Positions 42,103 to 54,315 are shown, counted from the stretch's first letter. The stretch: 64,000 nucleotides of DNA from Bigelowiella natans CCMP2755 (GCA_000320545.1 ADNK01000421.1:1-64000), one strand, 5' to 3'. Numbers and translations are program-made. The notes: generated by a model not told the origin, from the sequence alone.

Positions 42103-42526
42103 CAATACTATAGCATTACCTTGGGATGTTCTTTCAAACCCCGTGCTCTGCGCCATTGATCAATAAGCTTCGGATGAATCTTGTATGAATCAAGATATTT
42201 TCTAGGAATTGGATGGTAGTGCGGAGCCTTGCATCCGGTCTTAATGGTGGAAGAAGTTGTAGCATCATCATCATCAGCAGCAGCAGTATTTCCATTCCCC
42301 GTTTTCGAAGCATTCTTCGTCGTTTTCATCTGCGACTGCTGCCGACATTTCCAAGCTGTATCTTCCATTGCAACATGAGAGTCACCAAACGCTGGCACGG
42401 TGCATGGATGGTATGTACGCGGCTTTGTCAGGAATGATTTCACTTCTGTTGTGCCGTAGCCCTTAGCAATGTATATCACATTCATAATCATGCGTAGAAG
42501 AGTTGTAACGCCAATCTACAACTTAG

Positions 42527-42578
<52 letters not shown>

Positions 42579-43208
42579 GCACCATCCATCGTGATCGATG
42601 GAAATACATCTCCTCCAACCATCACCACCACTGCTACTACTCCTCCCCAATCCCTCTCCAACCTGGGCGTCGAGATATATCGATTGAAAGGGGTCAATAT
42701 CCAATGCCGCCTCCTCTACCGAATTGCCTTTTTTTGTACATTGGTGCATTTGTTTGCATTAAAAAAAATGGGGGACGGAGGTGCTACAAACAGACCATAA
42801 CCCCATTTCTAAATTTCCATCTTGCTACTCCTCCACCCTCCAAATATGTTATCACCCCCCGTCCGTGTTCTACCAGCGCAATCCATGCCTGCTTCTTCAG
42901 GCTTAACGCTATCCTGGTCCTCAATGCCCCCCGCCTCCTCTGCTTTTGTTAGAAAACCAAATTTGTGTTGAATCTGTAGTTGACATACAAGTTCTAATTT
43001 TGCAGAATGTTCATCCCTGTCTACCGTCATTGTTCGACAGCGTTGTAAGTTGCAGCGCTTGCTTCTTCACAGAGACTCGCTTCTCTTTCCCCCCTTCTCG
43101 TGTGCGCTTCCTTCGAGCCTTCGCTTTTGATTGCACTGCAAAAGTTACGCATGATGTGATACACTCATCATTCAAAGTAGTACACGCTCCCCGCAGTACC
43201 TTTCCCAT
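35576..43208 (-). CDS. UTP25: U3 snoRNA-associated protein 25 (UTP25/DIEXF)
   Basis: Exons LHICNHLLKAR..KN, RPRVLLLAPFRNAAY, YSDFYNSDIIVASPLG, NFLSSIEV, QNWE, TDFSRV, DFVRVRNY, ERFYFFKRYRIRG and LYTKYDVLSLARIVGEQRAQRM. Start MGK at 43208. Confidence 0.9.
41455..41543. repeat. Compound (CA)n(TA)n microsatellite, representative of dozens of intronic (TA)n, (GT)n, (GA)n, (GAT)n, (CTA)n and (GAA)n tracts in the window
   Basis: Directly visible. Similar tracts at 3050-3102, 14200-14281, 31617-31680 and 39717-39782. Confidence 0.95.
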
Positions 43209-44080
43209 TTTTCAAAGCCGCCAGTAGTCCCGTGTAGGCCTTCATCGCAGAGAAAAGTAATTGGGCATAATTATGTCCTTTTTCTATCCTGCGACAATGA
43301 TTTTTAGAAGTCGCATCTAGGCATGACGATGATGATGGTGACGGTGAGAACGAACGGAATGATGCCATTCCATTCATTCGAACAGCCACGAACGCATACG
43401 CACCACTAGACCACGCTAGCACGGTCAGCACATGCTCGTTTTGTTTGTTCGTTCAGTTCACTCATTCTTTCATTCATCCAGTGATCCTCTCAGCTGCACA
43501 CGAGCCAACAATCGATCAATCGGTGATGATCAATTCCAGAATCGGTGGGCTTGCATGTCAGCTCGTCATCCGTTCGCACGTGAGCACAGCGCGATGAAGC
43601 TGGACTAGTGGAGGCGTCCATCAGGCGATGAAACTCTCGTGCAAAGCCAGGCAGGTGGTAGCCTGGCGCATTGCATGGTTGGACAGCGTCGCTGTGTGCG
43701 TGATGGGATCTGGCCAGCTGGGGAAGGGACGTGCTAGCGTGTGAGCAGTGTGAGCTCTAGCTTCGATCGCTGTGGGCGATGTGTGATCAGGAGCTTGTCC
43801 AGCTTGTGCACGATCGCTCAATGACACAAACGAAATTGCCATGACTTGACTTGACTTGACATGTGAAGAAATTGCGCGCTGAACTGATGAACACTGCTAG
43901 ACTGCTGCGCCACCTGACGACTAACTAGCTAGGTCATGCAGATCTAGAGATCTAGAGATGCTCTGGTGCATGCTGGCATGCTAGCATGCCAACATGTAGC
44001 ACATATAGCTAGCTAGCCAGATGATTGTCCAGTGCTAGCTGGCTGGAGTGCTGCACGATGACTGCCAGACTGGATGAGTC

Positions 44081-44250
44081 TGCTGCCAGTCAGCAGTCCA
44101 TCTGCTCTGCTAGTCTGGTCCTCAATGCTGGAATGCCCCCCGCTAGCCCGCTAGCCCGCCTCCTCTGCTCACATTCTAGACGTTGCATTGCTAGATTGGA
44201 AGACCAAATTCGTGTTGAATCCGCAGTTGACATGCAAGTCACAATTGCAC
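44081..44250 (-). pseudogene. Decayed duplicate of a UTP25 exon/intron segment (42870-43005)
   Basis: 44196-44239 matches 42949-42992 at 38/44. 44115-44169 matches 42914-42944 apart from three 8-bp insertions. Confidence 0.85.
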
Positions 44251-44465
44251 TCTCTAGCTCTGCTAGTCTAGCTAGCTAGCAAACTAGCAGTCTAGCAGCA
44301 GTGCGTGGTGTGCAGAACAATTTGGCAATCGCAGTCGTCATGTTAGCATGCTGTAGCGCTAGCCGACCACGTTAGCTGTAGCAGCTAGCACGACGATGCA
44401 CTGCACTGCTAGACTGGTGCACGTGATCTAGAGATGTCTAGATGGGCAACGCAGCAAGCACGTGT

Positions 44466-44659
44466 GTGCGCAGAAAAATCACGCTCCCTGCTAGCCTGGG
44501 CAATCGAGCGATGCTGGAACAAAGAACATACACATTCACATGGTGTGACGTACTGCGAGTGCGCAGATCACGCTCTCTGGGCAATCGAGCAATGCTGAAT
44601 GCTGGAACAAAGGCTAGAAAGCACATGCACATTCACACAGTGTGACTGCTAGACTGCGA
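44466..44659 (+). repeat. Degenerate ~95-bp tandem duplication (44466-44558 / 44559-44659)
   Basis: Both copies read gtgcgcag..atcacgctc.ctg..ggcaatcgagc.atgctggaacaaag..acat.cacattcaca..gtgtgac..actgcga. Confidence 0.9.
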
Positions 44660-44823
44660 TGCAAGCGTACGTAGCTAGCAAGCACATCTAGCATCTAGCT
44701 AGCTAGATGCATGTGTATGGCAGATGCTGTAGATCGTTGTCAGCATCATCACTACTTGACCGCAGCAATGTCGACATCTGCTTCTCACGTCAGCTCTCTA
44801 TATCTTGCTAGCTCTGCTTTTGC

Positions 44824-45052
44824 GCTGACGTGAGCAAAAGGTAGCAACGTGTGGGAGTCTTCGATCATCAGGAAATCACCGCCGATGCCACAAGCTAGCA
44901 AGTCCCACATGCATCGCTAGATCAGCCGCGCGCGATATCGTTTCGAGAAGACAACGTCACACACGAGACCAACCGTATGACGTTGATCCTTCGATCATCA
45001 TCCTTTCAGTCATATCTAAAAATCCAAAGAGCATCACCGGTGTTATCCAACG
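44824..45052 (+). pseudogene. Possible highly eroded histone H4 relic
   Basis: Collinear gapped resemblance to H4 coding segments (SGRGKGGKG; VLRDNIQGIT; LEN..D.VTYTE; TAMDVV), followed by a partial histone-type stem-loop accggtgttatccaac. No open frame. Confidence 0.3.
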
Positions 45053-45292
45053 TGCTGAATTTTAGTTTTCAGAAAAAGCATTGACTGCTGATCATTGAGG
45101 CTAGTACACGTTATCGGTGCCTAGCGCAAGGTTTCTGACGACCGTTGTAGTTGGAGAAGTTTGATTTTTTATGACTAGCATACATTCGGCCTGGAAAGGC
45201 TGTGTCGTTGTTTTGTTCATCTACATTTGGAGTATGTGTACAGTTGATTGGGGCATTTGCTTCAAGCTAACCAGAATTTCCGTTTAAATAAT

Positions 45293-45311
45293 GGTGGTGT
45301 CATATGACACC
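45293..45311 (-). terminator. Histone 3'-UTR stem-loop of H1 (GGTGTC-ATAT-GACACC-ACC)
   Basis: 6-bp stem, 4-nt loop and ACC tail about 33 nt after the H1 stop. Same stem as the element after H3. Confidence 0.8.
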
Positions 45312-45343
45312 TTGGGTTTTTAGTTTGTTGAGGAAGAGTTGAT

Positions 45344-45808
45344 TTACTTGCGTCCCTTGGTCTTTTTCTTGGTGGTCTTCTTCTTGGAAGCAGCCTTTTT
45401 CTTAGGAGCAGCCTTCTTCTTAGGAGCAGCCTTCTTCTTAGGAGCGGCCTTCTTCTTAGGAGCAGCCTTCTTCTTGGTAGTCTTCTTCTTCTTGGAAGCG
45501 GCCTTCTTCTTAGGTGCTGCCTTCTTCTTAGGAGCAGCTTTCTTCTTTGGTGCAGCCTTCTTCTTTGCCTTTGCCTTGAAGGAAGGATCCAGCTTGAAGG
45601 ATTGCTTAATCTGGACGAAGACGCCCTTCTCAACTCCTCTCTTGATTGCGAGACGGAGGGCAGACTGGAAGGTAGCCAAGTTCACCTTGAAGTTAGCAAG
45701 GATGTACTTCGAGATAGCTTGACGGGAAGCTCCCTTGCGTTGCTTCAGCTCGATGATTGCCGCAGCAACCATCTTCTGGTATGTAGGGTGAGCAGCTTTG
45801 GGTGGCAT
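45344..45808 (-). CDS. H1: Linker histone H1 (154 aa)
   Basis: HPTYQKMVAAAIIELKQRKGASRQAISKYI...GVFVQIKQSFKL globular domain and PKKKAA-repeat tail. ATG at 45808. Confidence 0.95.
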   Translation of the reverse strand: MPPKAAHPTYQKMVAAAIIELKQRKGASRQAISKYILANFKVNLATFQSALRLAIKRGVEKGVFVQIKQSFKLDPSFKAKAKKKAAPKKKAAPKKKAAPKKKAASKKKKTTKKKAAPKKKAAPKKKAAPKKKAAPKKKAASKKKTTKKKTKGRK

Positions 45809-47060
<1,252 letters not shown>

Positions 47061-47082
47061 ATTTCCTCAATCAAATCACACC

Positions 47083-47100
47083 GGTGTCTCAGACACCACC
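47083..47100 (+). terminator. Histone 3'-UTR stem-loop of H3 (GGTGTC-TCA-GACACC-ACC)
   Basis: Hairpin 22 nt after the stop, with a stem identical to the H1 element and an ACC tail. Confidence 0.8.
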
Positions 47101-47129
47101 AATCTGAAGTTGAAACTTTGAGCTATTGA

Positions 47130-48560
47130 TGCCACGTACTTGATTGAGGCGGACATGATTGCCTGCCTTCCATGACATCATTGGGACTGTTTTTTCTCAA
47201 AGCAGTTGATTCGAATTCCCTCAGTCTGCGTGATTGCCCACACATGCTAGCATGATCCTTGAAGACACGGAAAGATGGGACATTCCGATGTGCAATCTAG
47301 ACATTAACATGCCCTTCCCTAGTTCTAGCGACACATGTGAACTCAAGGCTGCTACCGATGCCCTTTTTGCCAGGCAACGATGTCAAGATTGGAGAGGCAA
47401 TCCACAAGAACTCTGAATCTTCAGGTGGAAGTGATGACGGCTCCGTCCCAACTAATGACGCAGATGCTGAAGAGAAGAAGCAGTGACTCAAGAAGTAGAT
47501 CACCCTCTACATCCTCACTCTGTCCACCTCTAAATGTAGCCCCTCATTTCCCCCCTCCGCCCAACACCTCAATTCCCATGATGTCACCATGTTCATTCTT
47601 CCACCAACCGATTCGCGTTCCATCAATCTGTGCTTTGATGCAATTGGATTGGTCACGCTGCATGGTCAACTAGTCAAGAAAACGTCGTCCATGCATGCAT
47701 GAATGTGCATTGAATCTGGCCATCTTAGCATCATCAAATTGCACCGTGTTTCACCATGCACTTGTGAAATCACACGAGCTAGCGAGTGTGCACATGTGCA
47801 GTTGTCAGCAAGGCACACTGTTGGACGACACGCTGCGCTAGCGGCACGGAGAAGCACATGCATTCCGTTCGGCAGTGCCAGAGTGTGCAGCCTGCTAGCC
47901 TGACATTGCGAGATTGTGCGGTGACTAGCTAGCTAGTGATGCAGTGACTGGCGGCGGAGCTCACTAGCTAGCTAGCTCAGCGAGCACGCACGTGCAGCTC
48001 AGAGCTGCGCTGCGGCCGTGGAGCACAAAATGCAATTCAATCCACGAAATTGGCACGCTGCGCCATCTAGCTAGCGCTAGCCTTGCCACTCCACAGCTCT
48101 AGACATCTAGACATGCACAAAAGACTCCATTTGTCATTCTGGAATTGCGCCCTGGCCGGTGAGAGTGAGGCCGAAGCTAGCTAGTGAAGGCATTCTAGCA
48201 TTTTGAATCGACTCATCAAACAAAATTCATACAAAACTTGCGCAAAGGAAACAACTCTCCATGTGTCATTGCTTGCATTTTGGACATATGGAGGCGCAGT
48301 GCTTGCGTGCTTACCTAGCTAGCTAGTCATTACGTGCTTGCGTGTGCTAGCTATAGCTAGTGTGAGACGGATGCAATGATGAAGTGATTGAATCTTTTCA
48401 ATGGACATCCCAATGTGCAGCCATTGCTGCAGCTAGCTAGCTAGCGTCCAAATCAAGGGAGTATGCTAGTATGCATGCATGCATGCATGCACATGTACAC
48501 CACTTTTTGTAACCACAAGCGTTTGATTGATTGTATCGTAGCTAGCAGAAAAATAACACC
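47130..48560. repeat. Intergenic TA-depleted, CTAG-footprint domain between convergent H3 and CBF5
   Basis: Footprints at 47247, 47779, 47895, 48107, 48195 and 48466; (CTAG)3 at 47925, 47964, 48315 and 48433. All TA in 47730-48228 lie within CTAG. Confidence 0.9.
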
Positions 48561-48628
48561 TAGCTATGTCTCTCGGGCTTTGTGTCGCATATTTGTGGGA
48601 TCCCTGCTATTTTTGCCAGAACGGTGGC

Positions 48629-50481
48629 TTACTCTTTATTTTTCTTCTTCTTCTTCTTCGCAGATTTATCCTTCTTAGCTTTCTTCTTTTTTGGCTTCTC
48701 GGTACCATCCTCATCCTTCTTTCTCTTCTTGTTTTTCTTTTCGGATTTGGGGGTTTTAGGGGTTGAAGGTGGGCTCTTTGAATCTGCTTTAGATTCGAGT
48801 TCCATAGCACTGGCTGTCTTTTTGCCTTCAACCATACCACCTTTGGTAAGGTCTTTATATCCCATTTTCCAATCTTCTGGAGTATTCTCGTTAACTTTGC
48901 CGTATTTGTCAAGTTTTCCCTCCTCAATCAGTTGTTTTTTCTTCGCAGCAAAAGGTCCAAGTCCCCATCTACGAGGGTATGTGTCTCGGTCCATTATCAC
49001 CCGCTTAGCTTTCGCAACCAATCCATGTTCACAGGTCAAAATCTGAACCGAAGTCATTTGTGCGATAGAAACACTGACTGCTTCCCCCTTCGTCGTAATC
49101 ACCACAATTTCCTCCCCAACCTCAATATTATCTGAAAAGCGGAGAACACCCGGAAGCATCAATTTAGCGCCATAGCACAGTGCGTTAACAGCAGAGTCTT
49201 TGACAACGATGCGTTTTAATGGCTCAAGCAGCTTCTCCATAGGCATAATTACTCTTCGAAGGTAGCTACGGAGGAGGAGACATTATTAGAATTTGTAGGT
49301 ACGAATGTAAATTCAAAGAGTTATGCTTACGATTCATCATCCTGGTGCTTCCACATCCACATTGCGTCAAGAATGTCGTGCATCGTGACCATGTTATCGT
49401 CCTCGCCCAAATTTCCTGTTCTCACACGTCGAAGTTCCTCCATATGTCCCCCAACCTGGATATTCATATTCCCGCCAAGGTCAATAATTAAGCATTCGGT
49501 GTTTCAACGACGAGTAGGTGGGAAAGTAAGGCTACTACATTACTATTATTCTTATGACTATTGTCATCATCATCATTATTATTATTATTATTATCCTTTT
49601 TATATAAATTATTATACCCCCAGTAGATATCCGAGATGCACACAGAGAGTCCTAATGTAAGTTCCCGCCTGGCATTTGACCCAGAATACTCCCAAGCCAC
49701 GCTCACTGTCAAATTCAAGGAGCTTGCTTTCGTATATGGTGCGGATGCGTAGCTGTCGTTTCACAGCCGAGATTAGGGGAGGGCGTTGCCATAGAGCACC
49801 AGTTAACTTCTTGAGGGCCTTATTTACTAACTTCTCATTTGGAACTTCTCCATGGAGTCTTAACACGCATACGTACTCCTTCCCTGCACTTTGTTGGGAC
49901 TTAACCATACGAGTTGCTCTGTCGCAGCATACAAGTAGATTTCCTGTAACTTTGGGGTCAAGAGTCCCACTGTGTCCAGTCTTTTCAACCTCCAGAATCC
50001 GCTTTAGCCAAGCAACAACCTCGTGAGACGATGGATTTGCTGGCTTGTCCAGATTTATCACACCATATCGCAAGTAATCCCTCATTTTACGTTGCAAGGG
50101 TGAACTTCCGCTCGGAATTGGAGTATAATGTCCACTCCGAACAAGCAACTTGTCATAATCCTAATTCCACAAATCAGTGTCAGCATCTTTATCACCATGC
50201 TCATGATAATATGTAAAAACCTTCAGAAGGAGAGGCCAGCCTGATGTATCCGCTCTTGAAACTTCATTTGAAGGTTTTATTTGGAAGGTTTCACCACTGG
50301 AATCCGTTTTAGAAGACGACGATGCAACGACTTTTGGACTTTTGGTCTTCTTGTCTTTTTTTGATTTCTTTTTCTTTTTCTTGTTTTCCTTGGTATTGAT
50401 AAACGTCAGAGAAGAAAACTAATGAAAACTATATCTTTGTATATCCATGCAAATCACCTTGGGAGTGCCGTTCTTCCCCAT
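48629..50481 (-). CDS. CBF5: H/ACA RNP pseudouridine synthase dyskerin/Cbf5
   Basis: [41 protein letters not shown] domain and K-rich tail. ATG 50481, short GT-AG introns. Confidence 0.97.
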
Positions 50482-51138
50482 GGTTTATTTTTCGTCCCAG
50501 ATCCACTGACGGCTCTGTTCTACACTTTTTGCTTTTGAGGACTGTAGGAGCATAATTCTCAAGGTTAGCACCGTAGCATTTGTTTAGTATTTTACACATC
50601 ATTGGACAGCTGGACATAAGTAGTTCGGTAGTAGGTCAAACTACATTAAATTCGTTCTTGTACCTGCGTCAAAAACCCTGTAGCTGGGGTTGGGGTGGGG
50701 TTAATGTTCCAAGTTTAACTTGAGCCCCGCAAACTGCAAAAATACCCAAATTCTCATTGGATTTATTGTTTTTTGATCTCCGATCGCCTATCCCGGCTAA
50801 AATAGGATAACTGTCGATCCAACAACTGCACATCTTATTACTGAATTCAGAGTCAATGGCGCTCCACTGCAATTTAGACCCATTTTCTCAAATTTCCCAC
50901 TAATTCTGCCAAATTCCAAGGGGAAACTGAGTAAATTTCCACGCGTTGGATTTTTCAACCGCAATCTGCTGGGACATCGGCATACAAAGACGGTTTAAAA
51001 TTCTAATTTTTATACTGACTACAACAATTACAACAATAAAAACAACTGCGCCCATCCACAGTCCTCTCGGAACGGAAAAAGAAACTGCCATAGGTGTGTG
51101 TGTGGGTGTGCCCCTGGTCTCATTTGTTGGAACCACAC

Positions 51139-53499
51139 ATGGACTCTGGGAAATCAGAGGCCAACGCCGATCAGGATGCGATTGACGAAGGAGAGGGGAT
51201 CGATGAGCCAGCTAGATGGTCTCCGTGTTTATTCTCAGGAAAGAAAGAAGGGCAATGGATCCAGGGTCTTGTTATGGGAGTCTATGATGAGTCTACTAAA
51301 CGAAACGTAATCGAAACGTAATGAAAACTGATCACCCAAACGTATCATTTATCAATATAACGTATTTGCCAGGTAAATGTTCGTTTGCATGCTAAGGCCC
51401 CTATAGCAAAAGTGCACCCTCGAGACGTTCTTGTTTGGAGGCCTGTTCCCTTCCCAGACGCCGAGGTTGGGGATGAAATTCTCGTACATGCAAGGGAACC
51501 TCCAATTTGGTATGAGGCAAAAATTGTAGATAAAAACCCAGACATCGAGGTATTCGAGATTCAGTACACCGGGAAGGATTATCCCCCATGCACAAACTCG
51601 TTTGTCACGGCAAACCAATTCTTTACTCCGATTGACCTATCCCAGCGCTTCACTTATGATGACCAGCAGAAGGAGAATGTGGCGAACAAAGAGGCTAAGA
51701 GAAGGGATACTGAGAAGGACGATTTCCTGATGAGAGGAATCGCAGACGAGCCTCTTAGAATAATATCATGGAAGATTGACACCGACTCCAAGATGGAGGC
51801 GGGGTATAAAAGAACAAAGTCGCTACTGGAGGCGGAGTATAAAAGAATAGAGTCGCTACTGACAATATTGAGGGGCAACAAAACTGAATTTCTCGCTCTC
51901 CAGGGAGTTAACACTTGGCTGGTGGAAGAGTTGATGTCTCTAGGGTGGTTCAAAAAGCGTTTCCCTTACAGCTCATACTATCTCCACGGGGAGAAATGCC
52001 TGAGTAACAGTTCTGTACTTTTCAGTACATTTCCTCTATTAAGTGTAGAGCAACATAAATATAAAGACGGCAATGTTTTTACCTTGTGTACGACAAAAGT
52101 AAAGGGCCGCAAATTGCATATTTTAAACATAGATCTAATCGAAGGAGAGGCACACTCAGAAAAGCGTGTAGCGGATGCAACACTTTTGTGTGCTGTGATA
52201 AAAAAGATTCCGTCGCGTAAAGAAGACACAATTCTGGTAGGAAATTTTGGATTTCCCCCTCACACAGAGCCAGAAAGCACCATCTTTGGTCCTTCGTTCT
52301 TCGTGGATGCGTGGAGAGAGTGTTGTGGGCAGAAGAATGGCTACACAAGGGACCCCGTGAACAACAACAAAAACCATAGTAGTTCCTGCCAAAGATTAGA
52401 TTATGTTTTCCTTCGATCTGAAGTATGGAATCCGTGCGACGCCAAGCTTATTGGAAATTCACAAACCCCCATACCTTCACCAAACTTTGGAATAAAAGTA
52501 ACCCTTAAGTTTACCGCAAAAAGAAATGGTGTCCTTCAGGATAAAGAAGACGAGGAGAGGGAGAACTCGCAGAAATCATCTGCTGCGGAGAATAATTTTG
52601 GAATACCAGTTGAGCAGCTCACCATCGCTAGCTACAATGTTGGTGTTGACGATCCAGACGAAAGCTTCTCATCTTATGATAGGATTGAGGGTGCAAATGG
52701 CATCGTCGAGACCTTTGTAGAAGCAAGAGCTGATGTTTTATGCTTGCAAGAAGTCAAGCCATGGCTGACGACAAAGCTTCAGAAAAATTCTTGGTTTTCG
52801 AATAGTTTCCCTTACTCTACTCTCGATTTTGAGGTGGGGAAAAGTAGTAATAAGAGCAAGAAGGCTCCGCCATTTTTGCCTTGGTATTTGTGTATTTATA
52901 GTAAATATCCTATCTTGGTGACCTCCATATATAACCGGAAGCCGTACATATCGTCCCGGTGCTTTCTCTGTGCCACCCTCGAGGTCAACAACAGGAGAAT
53001 TGACATTTGCAACACGCAGCTCAATGCTTCGCTTTCAGGCGGCTGCGAGCGAGCTATGAACCTGGGATATATCTTTAGGCACCTAGGTCAGAGCAAAGGG
53101 GCAGATGATGCCATTTTAGCAGGCAGTTTCAACTATAAAACTGATTTTCAGCCTGAAAATAGAGTGGTGAAAGCAACAGGCTGGGAAGATGCATGGAATA
53201 CTGCAGACTCCGCTACTGATGGAGCTACTTTTGAACCTTCACGTAATATAGCCATTCACAGCTGCCCCGAGGCACACCTCAAAGCGATTTGCAACATATG
53301 GGGTGACGCGAGACTTGATCGCATATTTTTCCGGTCAGATACCGATGCAATGCAATGTGCGGATTCTAAACTTTTAGGGAAGATGGATATCCGTCAGGAA
53401 TCAACTGCTGAGAAGAAAGTCCAGAAGAAACTTTGTGCTAGTAGGCGCTATTGCATTTTGGCCAACTTCAAACTGATCAACAGTGAGCAGGATCTTTAG
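51139..53499 (+). CDS. Tandem Tudor/Agenet-like domains fused to two EEP (TDP2-like endonuclease/exonuclease/phosphatase) domains with degenerate active sites
   Basis: Exon 1 51139-51306, intron 51307-51372, exon 2 51373-53499. Tudor-like WIQGLVMGV and VGDEILVH...WYEAKIVD. EEP motifs ISWKI/LQGV/GNFG/RLDYVF and ASYNV/LQEV/GSFN/RLDRIF. Confidence 0.75.
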
Positions 53500-53689
53500 T
53501 AATTATGTAAATTTATTTAGGTTATTTTCGTTATTCAGTGGGTGAAGACCGTCAAGAAGTGTGATATTTAGACAGACTCTCACTGTTTTCCCTCCTCCTC
53601 CAGAAGCTGTGTAGCCCACGTTTAGGCTGTGAAATATAACGTTTTCGCACATACCAAAAATAACGCCATCGGTCGAGCGTAGAACCGTC

Positions 53690-54180
53690 TAGCTGTGCGT
53701 GTAAGCACGCACACGCCTTGATAATGAAAGTGTTTCAATGAGTTTCAGATATGGCAGATTAATAATTAAATGACGTACAGATACGATAAGTAGTGCTAGA
53801 GTGGTGGTGCAGTCTAGCAGCAGCATGCAAGGCCTAGAGATGTGTGCGCATTGTGCCTGTGCCCGCCACACAACACACGACGACGATACGATACAACACA
53901 TTCTAGCATTATGCACAATAACGTACAGCAGCTCATCGTCTGCTGTCATGTCGTCGGCATTGTCACAGTTGCTTGTGCGTACAATTCACAGCAGCTGCGG
54001 TGAGAAGTAATAATGCAGTGAGCTGTGTACTACTCTAGCGCCTACATACGTCTCGCTGTGTGCATCTGCTAATGCATGTATGTGGCGGCGTGTGCGGGCG
54101 CAGTCCGGGTCGAAAGGCGCATTGTTAGCCAATCATTTGCAACAATGCTATGCTCGCTGCGTGACTCATCACACACCCGA
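53690..54180. repeat. Intergenic CTAG-footprint domain with weak TA loss
   Basis: agtg-CTAG-agtg at 53796 and catt-CTAG-catt at 53903. Confidence 0.7.
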
Positions 54181-54315
54181 ATAAGCTAAAAAACAATTGT
54201 TTTTCATGCGTCAGGCCTGGCGGTGGCAACTTCATTTTTACTCACGGTTCCTGGTTGCAGCTATCAATTGCGTTTTGAAGGTATTTATATGTCATGACTT
54301 GGGATACTGCAACTG

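Larger units (their letters stand above)
43310..44930. repeat. Intergenic TA-depleted, CTAG-footprint domain (densest)
   Basis: 18 exact NNNN-CTAG-NNNN sites counted between 43317 and 44895. Confidence 0.9.

Noticed and set aside
45375-45565. 18-bp tandem repeats as a CRISPR-like or satellite array
   Set aside because: They encode the PKKKAA tail of histone H1 and have no unique spacers.
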